A stretch of DNA of 62,345 nt from Bacillota bacterium (GCA_035533535.1 DATLTP010000199.1:1-62345), one strand, 5' to 3'. Numbered from the stretch's first letter, positions 11,984-21,064 are shown. Notes: generated by a model from the letters alone, not told the origin. Made by a program: numbers and translations.

Positions 11984-12788
11984 CTCCAGGCCGAGCCCCG
12001 GCCGTATCGTGGCCGTTGCCAACCAGAAGGGCGGCGTTGGCAAAACGACGACGGCCGTGAACCTGGGCGCGGCCCTGGCGGAGCTCGGCCAGCGGGTCCT
12101 GCTCGTCGACTGCGACCCGCAGGGCAACGCGACGAGCGGGCTGGGGATCGACCGCCGGCGGGTGGAGCGCAGCGTCTACGATGTGCTGCTGGACGACGTG
12201 GCCGCAGCCTTGGCGGTTCGCCAGACGGTGGTGCCTGGCCTGGCCATCCTGCCATCGACCCTTGACCTGGCTGGGGCGGAGCTGGAGCTGGTGGCGGCCA
12301 GCACCCGCGAGTCGCGCCTGCGCGATGCCCTGCAGCCCCTGCGCGCCGAGTTCGCTTGGATCCTGATCGATTGTCCGCCCTCGCTCGGGCTGCTCACCCT
12401 CAACGCCCTCGTGGCGGCGGATGGCGTGCTCGTCCCCATCCAGTGCGAGTACTACGCCCTGGAGGGCGTGGGCCAGTTGATGAGCACGATCCAGAGCGTG
12501 CGCCGCAACATGAACCCAGCCCTGGAGGTCGAGGGCGTCCTGCTCACCATGTACGATGGGCGCACCAATCTCTCGCTCCAGGTGGCGGAAGAGGTGCGGC
12601 GGGCCTTTCGCGACGAAGTCTTCCAGGCGCTCGTCCCGCGCAATGTCCGACTGAGCGAGGCGCCGAGCCACGGGCTGCCCATTTCGGCGTACGACCCGCG
12701 GTCGCGGGGCGCTCAGGTGTATGAGGCGGTGGCCAAGGAGGTGGTGGCGCGTGCCAGGAGCAAAGCGGCGGCTGGGTCGGGGGCTTGA
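11928..12788 (+). CDS. soj: ParA/Soj chromosome partitioning ATPase
   Basis: ...IVAVANQKGGVGKTTTAVNLGAALAELGQRVLLVDCDPQGNATSGLG. The true start may be the GTG at 12009, just after the upstream stop. Confidence 0.92.
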   Translation: MFGRSRSASARPLPASQADSRPSPGRIVAVANQKGGVGKTTTAVNLGAALAELGQRVLLVDCDPQGNATSGLGIDRRRVERSVYDVLLDDVAAALAVRQTVVPGLAILPSTLDLAGAELELVAASTRESRLRDALQPLRAEFAWILIDCPPSLGLLTLNALVAADGVLVPIQCEYYALEGVGQLMSTIQSVRRNMNPALEVEGVLLTMYDGRTNLSLQVAEEVRRAFRDEVFQALVPRNVRLSEAPSHGLPISAYDPRSRGAQVYEAVAKEVVARARSKAAAGSGA

Positions 12789-13611
12789 TGTCCTCCTGCC
12801 GAGCCTGGAGCCGTCCGTGGGCGACTCCGTGCGGGATCTGCAATTGGACGAGATCGAGCCGAATCCGGAGCAGCCGCGCCGGCGGTTCGACGAGGCCTCT
12901 CTGCGTGAGCTGGCGGACTCCCTCAAGGAGCACGGTATGCTGCAGCCGGTCATCGTGCGGGCGCTGGGCGGTCGGTTCCAGTTGGTGGCGGGCGAGCGGC
13001 GGTGCCGCGCGGCGGAGATGGCGGGCATGGACCGGGTCCCGGCCATTGTGCGTGAGTACTCGGACTCCGAGATGCTGGAGGTCGCCCTCCTCGAGAACCT
13101 CCAGCGCGAGGACCTCAACCCGCTTGAGGAGGCCGAGGCCTACGCGACGTTGATCGACCGCTTTGGGCTGACTCAGGAAGACCTGGCGCGCAAACTGGGA
13201 CGCAGCCGGCCGGCCATCAGCAACTCGCTGCGCCTGCTCAGCCTTGAGCCGCCCATTCGTGAGTTGGTGTCGGGTGGCTCGCTCAGTGCCGGCCACGCGC
13301 GAGCCCTGCTGGGGGTCGCCGGGGGTGCGGACCGGGTCGCTCTGGCGCGGCGGGCCACGGCCCGGGGGCTGTCGGTTCGCGACGTCGAGCGTCTGGCGCA
13401 TCGCGCCGGCCGGCGTCCCGTGCGCGGGCGGCCTGCGGCGGCCGCGTATGGAGACCTGGAGGAAGAGCTGCACACAGCCCTGGGCAGCCGGGTCCGGATC
13501 CGGCGGTCGGGCGCCCGCGGCGCCATCGAGATCGAGTTCATTGGCGACGCGGACTTGGAGCGCCTGCTCGAGGTCCTCACGGGCCGGGCGCGCGCCCAAC
13601 GTTTCACGTGA
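12751..13611 (+). CDS. spo0J: ParB/Spo0J chromosome partitioning protein
   Basis: (V)PGAKRRLGRGLDVLL...IEPNPEQPRRRFDE...LQPVIVR...LVAGERRCRAAEMAG...GRSRPAISNSLRLLSL. The track ORF starts at 12721; GTG at 12751 fits the usual N-terminus better. Confidence 0.92.
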   Translation: MPGAKRRLGRGLDVLLPSLEPSVGDSVRDLQLDEIEPNPEQPRRRFDEASLRELADSLKEHGMLQPVIVRALGGRFQLVAGERRCRAAEMAGMDRVPAIVREYSDSEMLEVALLENLQREDLNPLEEAEAYATLIDRFGLTQEDLARKLGRSRPAISNSLRLLSLEPPIRELVSGGSLSAGHARALLGVAGGADRVALARRATARGLSVRDVERLAHRAGRRPVRGRPAAAAYGDLEEELHTALGSRVRIRRSGARGAIEIEFIGDADLERLLEVLTGRARAQRFT

Positions 13612-13615
13612 AACG
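13600..13615. promoter_or_regulatory. parS centromere-like site
   Basis: cGTTTCACGTGAAACg matches 14 of 16 positions of the TGTTNCACGTGAAACA consensus. It overlaps the spo0J stop codon (TGA 13609..13611). Confidence 0.8.
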
Positions 13616-13624
13616 TCACCTCGC

Positions 13625-14332
13625 ATGCCCATTCTGACGGCACTTACGGGCACTTTGGCCAACACGGGGGCAGTCCTGGTCGGAGGCAGCCTCGGGCTCC
13701 TGGCGGGCAGCCGCTTGCCCGAGCGGCTGCGCCAGGCCGCCCTGCGCGCTGTCGGCTTGGCCGTCATCTGGATCGGCCTCAGCATGACGCTCGGCTCCCA
13801 CGCGGGTCCACTGCTGGTGATCGGCAGCATGGCCGTCGGCTCGGTGATCGGCGAGTGGCTCGACCTTGAGCGGCTCCTGGAGCGGTGGACGCGGCGGGCC
13901 GAGGCCTTCGGGGCAGGGGCCCCGAAGGCGTTCGTGCTCTCGAGCCTGGTCTTTTGCGTCGGGCCCCTCACCATCCTAGGCGCCATCCAGGACGGACTCA
14001 GCGGGCAGCACGCCCTTCTCTTCGCCAAATCCCTCCTCGACGGAATCACGGCCCTGCTGTTCGCCTCAGCGATGGGCGTTGGGGTCCTGCTGGCCGCAGC
14101 CACCGTGCTGATCTACCAGGGGGCGATCGCCCTCGGGGCGGCCGCAGCCAGGGGCATCTTCACGCCACCGGCCCTCGCCGCCCTGTCCGGGGTTGGCGGT
14201 CTGATGATCTTGGCCATTGGCCTCAATCTTTGCGAGATCGGACGCTTCCGCACGGCCAACCTGCTCCCGGCCCTCGTGTTGGCCGTCGCGGCCGCGGCCG
14301 TGGCGTCGACCCATGGCTACACGTTCCCGTAA
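13625..14332 (+). CDS. DUF554 family integral membrane protein
   Basis: MPILTALTGTLANTGAVLVGGSLGLLAGSRLPERLRQAALRAVGLAVIWIGLSM...LTILGAIQDGLSG. The upstream 127 aa of track ORF 13244..14332 overlap spo0J and are run-on. Confidence 0.75.
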   Translation: MPILTALTGTLANTGAVLVGGSLGLLAGSRLPERLRQAALRAVGLAVIWIGLSMTLGSHAGPLLVIGSMAVGSVIGEWLDLERLLERWTRRAEAFGAGAPKAFVLSSLVFCVGPLTILGAIQDGLSGQHALLFAKSLLDGITALLFASAMGVGVLLAAATVLIYQGAIALGAAAARGIFTPPALAALSGVGGLMILAIGLNLCEIGRFRTANLLPALVLAVAAAAVASTHGYTFP

Positions 14333-14338
14333 GAGGGG

Positions 14339-14800
14339 TTGACAGATGTGTCGCTGCTCGCGGCCGTAGACGCCGCACTGGCTCTGCTGGTGATCGTGGT
14401 CGGGTGGTCCCACTTCGCGACGCGGATCCGCTTCCGGCGGCTGCTGCGGGGGGCCGACGGCGGCAACCTCGAGCAACAGCTGCTGGCGCAGCAGGCGCAA
14501 TTGGAAGGCGTCAGCCGCCAACTCGAGCAGCTGCAGGCCGCGAATACGGAGCTGCAGCGCCAGGTGGCGGGCTGCGTGGTGCGCCCGCGAATCCTTCGGT
14601 TCAATGCCTTCCAGGGGACGGGCTCGGACCTCAGCTTTGCCCTTGCCCTCACGGACAGCAGCGGTACCGGCGCCGTCCTTTCCAGCATCTATGGTCGCGA
14701 TGAGTGCCGGATGTACGCCAAGCCCATTGACCATGGCAAGTCGACGTACGCCCTCAGCGACGAGGAGCGCCAGGTCCTGGGCGCCGGCGCGGCGGACTAA
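14339..14800 (+). CDS. DUF4446 family protein
   Basis: N-terminal TM segment, a coiled-coil, then ...RILRFNAFQGTGSDLSFALALTDSSGTGAVLSSIYGRDECRMYAKPIDHGKSTYALSDEE. This pattern is typical of the parB-linked DUF4446 family. Confidence 0.75.
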   Translation: MTDVSLLAAVDAALALLVIVVGWSHFATRIRFRRLLRGADGGNLEQQLLAQQAQLEGVSRQLEQLQAANTELQRQVAGCVVRPRILRFNAFQGTGSDLSFALALTDSSGTGAVLSSIYGRDECRMYAKPIDHGKSTYALSDEERQVLGAGAAD

Positions 14801-14804
14801 GGCA

Positions 14805-15677
14805 ATGCGTGCACTCTGCATCGTCAACCGAACGGCCGGCGGCGGCCGGGCCAGCCGCGCCTGGGATGCGATCGCGGGCACGATGGCTCGGATGAAAGCG
14901 GACGTGGCCTTCACGACGCACGCGGGCCACGCCGCGGACCTGGCGCGCCAGGCCTGCGCAGACGGGTTCACCCACCTGCTGGCCGTGGGCGGCGACGGGA
15001 CGGTCCATGAGGTGGTCAACGGGATCCAGGGCCCCGATGTGGCTCTTGGCCTCGTCCCCTGTGGCACCGGCAACGATTTTGCCCGGTCGGCGGGCTTCCC
15101 CTTTCAGCCGCAGGCCGCTGTGGCCGGGCTGGACCGCGATCGCCGGCGCGCAGTGGACCTGGGGGTGTGCAATGGCCATCGGTTTCTCAACGTGGCCGGC
15201 GCAGGCTTTGACGCAGAGGTGGCGCGGCTGATCAATGAGGGCCCCCGCCGGTCCCGGGGCGCGCTGCCCTACGTCGCCACCGCGATCTCGCTGGCCTTTC
15301 GGTACCGGGCCGAGGAGTTCCGCCTTGACCTCGATGGCACAACGCTCGTCCAGCCATGTCTGCTGGCGGCGGTCGGCAACGCCAGTGCCTATGGCGGCGG
15401 GATGCGCATCTGCCCACGCGCGGAACTGGACGACGGGCTCTTGGACGTCTGCGTCGTAGCGGGCATCCCGACCGCGCACATCCTGTCGCTGCTGCCACGG
15501 GTTTTCCTCGGCCGGCACGTGAGCGACCGGTCTGTCTCCTACCACCGTGCCCGCACGGTCGAGATCCTGGGGCCAGCCGGGGTGGCCGTCCACGCGGACG
15601 GCGAGGTGATTGGCGGGCTGCCAGCCCGGTTCAGCGTGGCCGCCTCCGCCTGCAGCCTCTGGCTCCCCGCCGCCTGA
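14805..15677 (+). CDS. Diacylglycerol-kinase-fold lipid kinase (YegS/BmrU family)
   Basis: MRALCIVNRTAGGG...LLAVGGDGTVHEVVNG...LGLVPCGTGNDFARS. ATG at 14805. Confidence 0.88.
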   Translation: MRALCIVNRTAGGGRASRAWDAIAGTMARMKADVAFTTHAGHAADLARQACADGFTHLLAVGGDGTVHEVVNGIQGPDVALGLVPCGTGNDFARSAGFPFQPQAAVAGLDRDRRRAVDLGVCNGHRFLNVAGAGFDAEVARLINEGPRRSRGALPYVATAISLAFRYRAEEFRLDLDGTTLVQPCLLAAVGNASAYGGGMRICPRAELDDGLLDVCVVAGIPTAHILSLLPRVFLGRHVSDRSVSYHRARTVEILGPAGVAVHADGEVIGGLPARFSVAASACSLWLPAA

Positions 15678-15686
15678 AGCCGGGGC

Positions 15687-16346
15687 TCAGGCACCGCCGG
15701 CCGTGGCCACCTGCGCTGCGGCCGGCAGGCTATCCACGGCCAGGGCCACGCCCTGGGCGATGACCTCCGCCATCCGCACCACCAGCGCCAGCCGGGTGTT
15801 CTGCAGCACGAAGTACTCCATGAAGCCGCCCACGTTCACCGTGCCGGTGATGTGCAGGCGCCCAACGGCGGGCAGCTGCTTGTTCACCCCCGCGCCGGGG
15901 AGCAGCGGGCCGGATGCCATGGCGATCTGCCCGACGGTCTCCAGGCGGCCGAGGCAGGCGTCCACGGCCACCATGCAGACATCGCTGCCCATGGTGTCCA
16001 CGGCCGTGGCCAGGTTGCTCGCATGGACGGGAGCATCCAGGGTTCCGTAGACTCGCAGGCCACGTGGCTGGAGGGCCAGCACGGCGCGCCCAACCAGCGG
16101 GCCCAGGGCGTCTCCGGTTGAGCGGTCGGTCCCGATGCAGAGCAGGACAAGCTCTTCCGTCCCAGGGCGGAAGCACCGGGCCAGCATCTCAGCCAAGCCG
16201 GCGCCCAACACGGCGGCTGCGCACGGATCGTCGTACCGCACCCGTCGGACTTCGTCCGCCAGCGCCAGGGAGAGCCCACCCTCCGTCGCAGCCGCGGCCT
16301 CGCCCACCAGCCGCTCGTCTGCCCGACCTGCTTGGTTCATATGCAT
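15687..16346 (-). CDS. yyaC: Sporulation protein YyaC (GPR-like protease fold)
   Basis: ...LVLLCIGTDRSTGDALGPLVG...VYGTLDAPVHASNL...CMVAVDACLG...GPLLPGAGVNKQLPAVG. ATG at 16346. The rest of the 422-aa track ORF is run-on. Confidence 0.8.
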   Translation of the reverse strand: MHMNQAGRADERLVGEAAAATEGGLSLALADEVRRVRYDDPCAAAVLGAGLAEMLARCFRPGTEELVLLCIGTDRSTGDALGPLVGRAVLALQPRGLRVYGTLDAPVHASNLATAVDTMGSDVCMVAVDACLGRLETVGQIAMASGPLLPGAGVNKQLPAVGRLHITGTVNVGGFMEYFVLQNTRLALVVRMAEVIAQGVALAVDSLPAAAQVATAGGA

Positions 16347-16351
16347 CGCGC

Positions 16352-17386
16352 ATGCGCCATGATGCCCTGGCCGCGGCGTCCGTATACGTGGGGGCGGTGG
16401 TCGGGGCCGGCTTCGCCACTGGGCGCGAGGTCTTCCACTTCTTCGGGGCGTATGGCCCCGCCGGGTTGTGGGGTTGTCTGGCTGCCGGGCTCGCCTTCGC
16501 CTGGCTCGGTGGACGCATCCTCCGCCTCGCCGCAACAGGGAAGGCCCCGACCTACGCCCATCTGTACCGGCTGGCCTTGGGCCCTGCCCTGGCGCCGCCG
16601 GCTGACTGGGTGACAACCCTCTTTCTGTTTGTGGGGCTCTCGGTCGTGCTGGCGGGTGGCGCCGCGCTCGGCGCGGACGCCTGGGGCATGCCGCCCCTGG
16701 TGGGGGCCATCGCGATGGCGCTGGCCATTGCAGTGGTCGTTCTCCCGGGCCGTTCCGGGGTCGTCCTGGGTAACCTGACCCTGGTTCCCCTGCTGGCCGC
16801 CGGGGCCGCCGCCCTGCTGGCGGCCGAGGCCTCGCATCCCGGTTTCTGGCTCCGTGTGCAGGCCGCCGCGGCCCTGCCTGGGCGGTCGCCCAGCGCGTGG
16901 CCCCTGGGCGGCCTGCTGTACGTCGGCTACAACATCCTGATGGGCGCGGTGGCACTCTGTGCCGTCGGCGGGGAACTCCCCGTCCGTCCTGCCGTGCGCG
17001 GCGGGCTTGCCGGCGGCGCAGCGCTGGGCCTGCTCGCAGCCCTGGTGACCGTCACCCTGTTGGCGCACGGCCCCGAGGTGCGCGATGCCGCGGTGCCCCT
17101 GGCGCGGGTGGTGGCGCCCTATCCGGCCATCTGGCGGTTCGCCTACAGCGCCTGCCTCGTGGCCGCCCTCATCACGACGGGCGTCGCATCGGCCTATGCC
17201 TTGGCGGCACGCCTGGACCTCCACCGCTTCACGCCCGGCGTGGCCGCCGCCGGAGCCGTCGTCCTGGCTCTGCCCCTGGCCACCGTGGGCCTTGTCGCGC
17301 TGGTCGCCACCGTGTATCCGGCCATGGGCGTTGTCGGGCTGCTCCTGTGCGCAGGACTGGTTCTCCGCCCTCTGGCAAAGGACTAA
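16352..17386 (+). CDS. ykvI: YkvI family membrane protein
   Basis: MRHDALAAASVYVGAVVGAGFATGREVFHFFGAYG..., multi-TM. ATG at 16352. Confidence 0.75.
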   Translation: MRHDALAAASVYVGAVVGAGFATGREVFHFFGAYGPAGLWGCLAAGLAFAWLGGRILRLAATGKAPTYAHLYRLALGPALAPPADWVTTLFLFVGLSVVLAGGAALGADAWGMPPLVGAIAMALAIAVVVLPGRSGVVLGNLTLVPLLAAGAAALLAAEASHPGFWLRVQAAAALPGRSPSAWPLGGLLYVGYNILMGAVALCAVGGELPVRPAVRGGLAGGAALGLLAALVTVTLLAHGPEVRDAAVPLARVVAPYPAIWRFAYSACLVAALITTGVASAYALAARLDLHRFTPGVAAAGAVVLALPLATVGLVALVATVYPAMGVVGLLLCAGLVLRPLAKD

Positions 17387-17437
17387 GCCGCCGGCGCGGC
17401 GAAGGTCATCCGCCTGCACCGGAGGGGGGCGGATGGC

Positions 17438-18016
17438 GTGGCCCAAAGGCCCGAGGACGAGTACGCGCACATCGTCCGCTTGGCCGACCGCGGCCGGTAC
17501 GACGAGGCACAAGCCCTCCTGAACGAACTGATTGCCGCGCAGCCCGAGCACGTGGCAGCCCTCGCCAAGCTGGGCGGCATCGAAGCCAGAAATGGCGACC
17601 TCGGTGCGGCCAAGGCCCACCTTGAGCAGGCCCTGAGCCTTGACCCTGTTTGGGCGCCAGCCTGGTCCAACCTGGGCAACGTCGCCTTCCAGCAAAACGA
17701 ATTGGACGAGGCTGAGCGGTGCTACAAGAAGGCGCTCGAGGTTGCGCCGGGCGACGCGGTCGCCCTGAACAACCTGGCCGCCGTATATAAGCGCCGCGGC
17801 AACATCTCCGGCATGGTCGACGCCCTGAAGCGCTCCCACCGCGCCGAGCTCCGCAGCGACCCGAAAACCGCCGCCGCCCGGAACGGCACGCCGGCGTCGC
17901 CCGCACCAGGCGGAATTCCGCGTCCAGGCCGTTCCATGCTGGGGTGCGGCTCAACCGCTGCCCTTATGGCCGTGGCGCTTGCGGCGCTTGTCGCCGTTCT
18001 TCTGACCGTCCTTTGA
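17438..18016 (+). CDS. TPR-repeat protein with C-terminal membrane anchor
   Basis: Repeated ...A...LG......G....A...AL.L.P motifs (e.g. WSNLGNVAFQQNELDEAERCYKKALEVAPGD). C-terminal hydrophobic segment ALMAVALAALVAVLLTVL. Confidence 0.7.
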   Translation: MAQRPEDEYAHIVRLADRGRYDEAQALLNELIAAQPEHVAALAKLGGIEARNGDLGAAKAHLEQALSLDPVWAPAWSNLGNVAFQQNELDEAERCYKKALEVAPGDAVALNNLAAVYKRRGNISGMVDALKRSHRAELRSDPKTAAARNGTPASPAPGGIPRPGRSMLGCGSTAALMAVALAALVAVLLTVL

Positions 18017-18375
18017 CGGGCCCGCCGGAGCCCGGTCCGCACGCCAGCCGTGCCCGGCGGCGGTGGTGGCTCGCCGTGGTTGCCCCCATCGCGGCCGCCA
18101 TTGTCGCAGGCACGATCGTCTCGCCTCCGTCGCCGTCGCTTCTGCAGGGCCTGGCCACTTTCGGCGTGCTCAAGCTGGCGGCGGACATCCTGCGGGGCCG
18201 CGCCTGGCCCTCGCCTGACCGGTACGCGGATGACATCGCCCGCGACTGGCTTGCCTGGGCCCTGGTGGCCGGGGTGTACACGCTGGCCGCCTTCGCATCC
18301 GACCGCCTCGCGCGCCCGGCGCCAGGCCCGCTGTGGCCCGCCCTGATCGCCTACTTCATCCTGTGGGTGCCGTAG
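18013..18375 (+). CDS. Hypothetical small membrane protein
   Basis: Putative TTG at 18013 overlaps the upstream stop (TTGA). About 4 hydrophobic segments (WWLAVVAPIAAAIVAGTIV, WLAWALVAGVYTLAAFA, LWPALIAYFILWV). No family recognised. Confidence 0.4.
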   Translation: MTGPPEPGPHASRARRRWWLAVVAPIAAAIVAGTIVSPPSPSLLQGLATFGVLKLAADILRGRAWPSPDRYADDIARDWLAWALVAGVYTLAAFASDRLARPAPGPLWPALIAYFILWVP

Positions 18376-18509
18376 CGGGCGCAAGTTGGGGGCTGCGGCC
18401 AGCGGCCGCCTCCGAGGCATCTGCGCACCCGACGCCTTCTGGCGGTGCCGCACCCCGCCCCGGATGCCCAAAGGCACAGCCACCGTGCCATGGATGGTAT
18501 GGTGAGGGA

Positions 18510-19142
18510 GTGAACTGGCTCGACTATGTGTTGATCGCCTATTTCGTGTTCGGCGCATGGGCCGGGATGCGCATGGGGCTGCTGGCGACGCTGGCATCCC
18601 TGGCGGCGTACGCGGCCGGGATCGTCGCCGCAACGCGCTTCGGAGATCCGCTGCTCGCCACAGCCGATGCCCGCTGGCACCTGAGCGGCAACTTCGCCCA
18701 TTGGCTGGCGACCTCCGCAGCCCCAGTCCAAGCCCTGCTGCCGCTCTACCACAGCCAGCTCGGCATCCCGGCGGCGGGCAACCCGAGCCCGGCCGCAGTC
18801 GACGTGGCGGCGGCCGGGCTCATCCTGCACTACGCGGCGTTCCTGGCAATCTTCCTGGTCGTCCACGCCGTGGTCTGGGCCATCCTGGGCAGCATGACCG
18901 CCGGCGCCATGCGGCGGGGCCCGGCCGGCTTCGTCAACGCCCTGCTCGGACTGCTCGCCGGCGCGCTGGAACGCGCCGCTGTGGCCACGTTCGTCCTCGG
19001 CTTGCTCGTCAGCCTGGGCGCCATCGCCGCGCTGGCGCCGCTTTCGCAGGCCCTGGCGGCGTCCCACCTCACGCCGTGGCTCTTGACCGCGTTTCGGTCG
19101 TGGGAGCCGGCCGCCGCCCACTGGTGGGCGGCCGTCGGCTGA
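18510..19142 (+). CDS. cvpA: CvpA family membrane protein
   Basis: (V)NWLDYVLIAYFVFGAWAGMRMGLL... is a typical CvpA N-terminus. GTG at 18510 preceded by GGTGAGGGA. Confidence 0.7.
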   Translation: MNWLDYVLIAYFVFGAWAGMRMGLLATLASLAAYAAGIVAATRFGDPLLATADARWHLSGNFAHWLATSAAPVQALLPLYHSQLGIPAAGNPSPAAVDVAAAGLILHYAAFLAIFLVVHAVVWAILGSMTAGAMRRGPAGFVNALLGLLAGALERAAVATFVLGLLVSLGAIAALAPLSQALAASHLTPWLLTAFRSWEPAAAHWWAAVG

Positions 19143-19156
19143 ACGGAGGCCTGCAG

Positions 19157-19390
19157 ATGCCCATCCCGCTGCAACTCGGCGACGTGCTGAAGCTCAAGAA
19201 GCCCCATCCCTGCGGGAGCAACCGCTGGGAAGTCCTCCGCGTGGGTGCGGACATTCGGTTGAAATGCCTTGGCTGCGGCCGTCTCGTCCTCATCGGCCGC
19301 GCCGACCTCGAGCGCCGAATTCGCGAGGTCGTGGCCGCGGATGCGGCGGGCGCCAAGGGCCCGGCAAAGTCGCCGTTGAAATCAACTTGA
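19157..19390 (+). CDS. DUF951 family protein (YyzM-like)
   Basis: MPIPLQLGDVLKLKKPHPCGSNRWEVLRVGADIRLKCLGCGRLVLIGRADLERRI. GGAGG lies 8 nt upstream. Confidence 0.85.
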   Translation: MPIPLQLGDVLKLKKPHPCGSNRWEVLRVGADIRLKCLGCGRLVLIGRADLERRIREVVAADAAGAKGPAKSPLKST

Positions 19391-19472
19391 TCTTCCGCCA
19401 TAATTATGCGGCAAGCCTTCCTGCTCCACCCCGTGCGGTGGGGCCGATCGAGTCCAGAGGGGGGTCCTATTT

Positions 19473-19955
19473 GTGCGTGCCTACGAAGCAATGATCGTCC
19501 TCGTCCCAACCCTCGAGGAGGCTGCCATTGAGGCGGCCATCGAGCGCTTCAGCCGTGTGATCACCGACCAGGGCGGCGAGATCACCCACGTCGACCGCTG
19601 GGGCCGCCGCCGCTTGGCGTACGAGGTGGAGGGCCACCGCGACGCCTATTACGTGCTGATCTCCTTCAATGCCGAGCCAGGCTCGACGGCGGAGTTGGAG
19701 CGCATCCTGCGCATCAGCGACGGCGTTCTGCGCTTTGTCGTCGCCCTCCAGGTGGCAACCAAGCGGCCGGTCCCCGCGGCCGAGGCGGCTCCCGCAGCGA
19801 ACGCTGAGCCTGCCGTAGCGCCGGCCGGCGTTGCGGCGGCGCCCGCGCCCACAGCCGAGGCCGCTTCGGCCCCTGCCGCCGAGGCCGAGGCTGAACCCGA
19901 GGCTGAAGCGGAACCGGCTCCGGACACGCCGCCCGCGGACGAGCCCGGGGCCTGA
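19473..19955 (+). CDS. rpsF: 30S ribosomal protein S6 with a long Ala/Pro/Glu-rich C-terminal extension
   Basis: MRAYEAMIVLVPTLEE...VDRWGRRRLAYEVEGHRDAYYVLISF. The core ends near 19750 and is followed by a low-complexity tail of ~65 aa. Confidence 0.93.
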   Translation: MRAYEAMIVLVPTLEEAAIEAAIERFSRVITDQGGEITHVDRWGRRRLAYEVEGHRDAYYVLISFNAEPGSTAELERILRISDGVLRFVVALQVATKRPVPAAEAAPAANAEPAVAPAGVAAAPAPTAEAASAPAAEAEAEPEAEAEPAPDTPPADEPGA

Positions 19956-20014
19956 CGGATCCCGCGGCCTCCGGGCTCCTGCCGAGGCCGTGCAACAGCG
20001 AGGAGGCGGCGCCG

Positions 20015-20395
20015 TTGCTGAACACGGTCATTCTGATCGGGCGGCTCACGCGCGACCCCGAGCTGCGGTACACGGGTGGCGGCACGCCCGTCGCGAGCTT
20101 CTCGCTGGCCGTCGACCGCCCATTCACCAACCAGCAGGGTGAGCGCGAGACCGACTTCATCGACATCGTCTGCTGGCGTCAGCTGGCGGAGCAGGTCTCG
20201 CAGCACCTGACCAAGGGCCGCCTGGTGGCGGTCGAGGGGCGGCTGCAGATTCGCTCGTTTGAGACCCAGGACGGCCAGCGGCGCAAGGTTGCCGAGGTGG
20301 TGGCCACCACGGTTCGGTTCCTCGACCGGCCGCGGACCGGCACGCCGGCGGAGACCGAGCGGGCATCCGAGGACGAAGAGGACGTGCCCTTTTAA
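20015..20395 (+). CDS. ssb: Single-stranded DNA-binding protein
   Basis: MLNTVILIGRLTRDPELRYTGGGTPVASFSLAVDR...; acidic tail ending EDEEDVPF. Confidence 0.95.
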   Translation: MLNTVILIGRLTRDPELRYTGGGTPVASFSLAVDRPFTNQQGERETDFIDIVCWRQLAEQVSQHLTKGRLVAVEGRLQIRSFETQDGQRRKVAEVVATTVRFLDRPRTGTPAETERASEDEEDVPF

Positions 20396-20465
20396 ACGGG
20401 CGCGGACGCCCAGGAATCGTGAAGGCGCACGCCTTGCGTGCGCCCAAATCGGAGGTTGAAAGGGT

Positions 20466-20693
20466 TTGGCACGACGGGATCGGCGGCGCCGCCGCAAGGT
20501 ATGCAGCTTCTGCGTGGATAAGATCGAGCATGTGGACTACAAGGACGCCCTGCGCCTGCGCCGGTTCCTCAACGAGCGGGGCAAGATCCTGCCCCGGCGC
20601 GTGACGGGCAACTGCGCCCACCACCAGCGCCAGCTGACCGTGGCGCTGAAGCGGGCGCGCGTGCTGGCGCTCGTGCCCTTCTCCATGGAGTAG
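20466..20693 (+). CDS. rpsR: 30S ribosomal protein S18
   Basis: ...[62 protein letters not shown]. Confidence 0.95.
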   Translation: MARRDRRRRRKVCSFCVDKIEHVDYKDALRLRRFLNERGKILPRRVTGNCAHHQRQLTVALKRARVLALVPFSME

Positions 20694-20723
20694 CGGCCCC
20701 GGGCCCGGGCGCCGCTGCCGGGG

Positions 20724-21062
20724 GTGAGCGAACTGTCGGACACTCGGGACGAGCCCCGGCCGCCAGAGGTCGGACGCAACGCGCGCGCCGTGGAGTGGCT
20801 CAAGGCCGAGACTGTGGCCGCCGTCGGGGAGTCCCTGCGCGCGATCGCCCAGGGCCGCGAGGACGGGGTGCTCGACGGCTTGGCCCAGGTCGTGGTCGCC
20901 TCTTACCTCCTGGCGCGGCGCCTCGGCATGCCGTACGCGCGGCTTGACCTGAAGGTCGACGCGCTGCTGGACGCCAACGTGGCCCAGGACCACCAGCTCG
21001 AGCACTGGTACGGCGATATGTCGAGCCTGCGCGCCCACCGCAAGAGCGGCCGGGAGGGTTAA
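20724..21062 (+). CDS. Small MazG-like family protein (as found after rpsR in many Clostridia)
   Basis: ...NARAVEWLKAETVAAV...VVVASYLLARRLGMPYARLDLKV...HWYGDMSSLRAH. The match is from memory of the family pattern only. Confidence 0.5.
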   Translation: MSELSDTRDEPRPPEVGRNARAVEWLKAETVAAVGESLRAIAQGREDGVLDGLAQVVVASYLLARRLGMPYARLDLKVDALLDANVAQDHQLEHWYGDMSSLRAHRKSGREG

Positions 21063-21064
21063 GG

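Noticed and set aside
13244-13624. N-terminal extension of ORF 13244..14332 (and similar 5' run-ons of 14604..15677, 15914..17386, 18333..19142, 18557..19390, 21864..22604, 31861..32382, 36235..38115, 40166..41602, 46661..47977).
   Set aside because: The extensions overlap well-supported upstream genes and translate to Arg/Pro/Gly-rich sequence. In each case an internal start with an RBS or a stop/start overlap gives the family-typical N-terminus.
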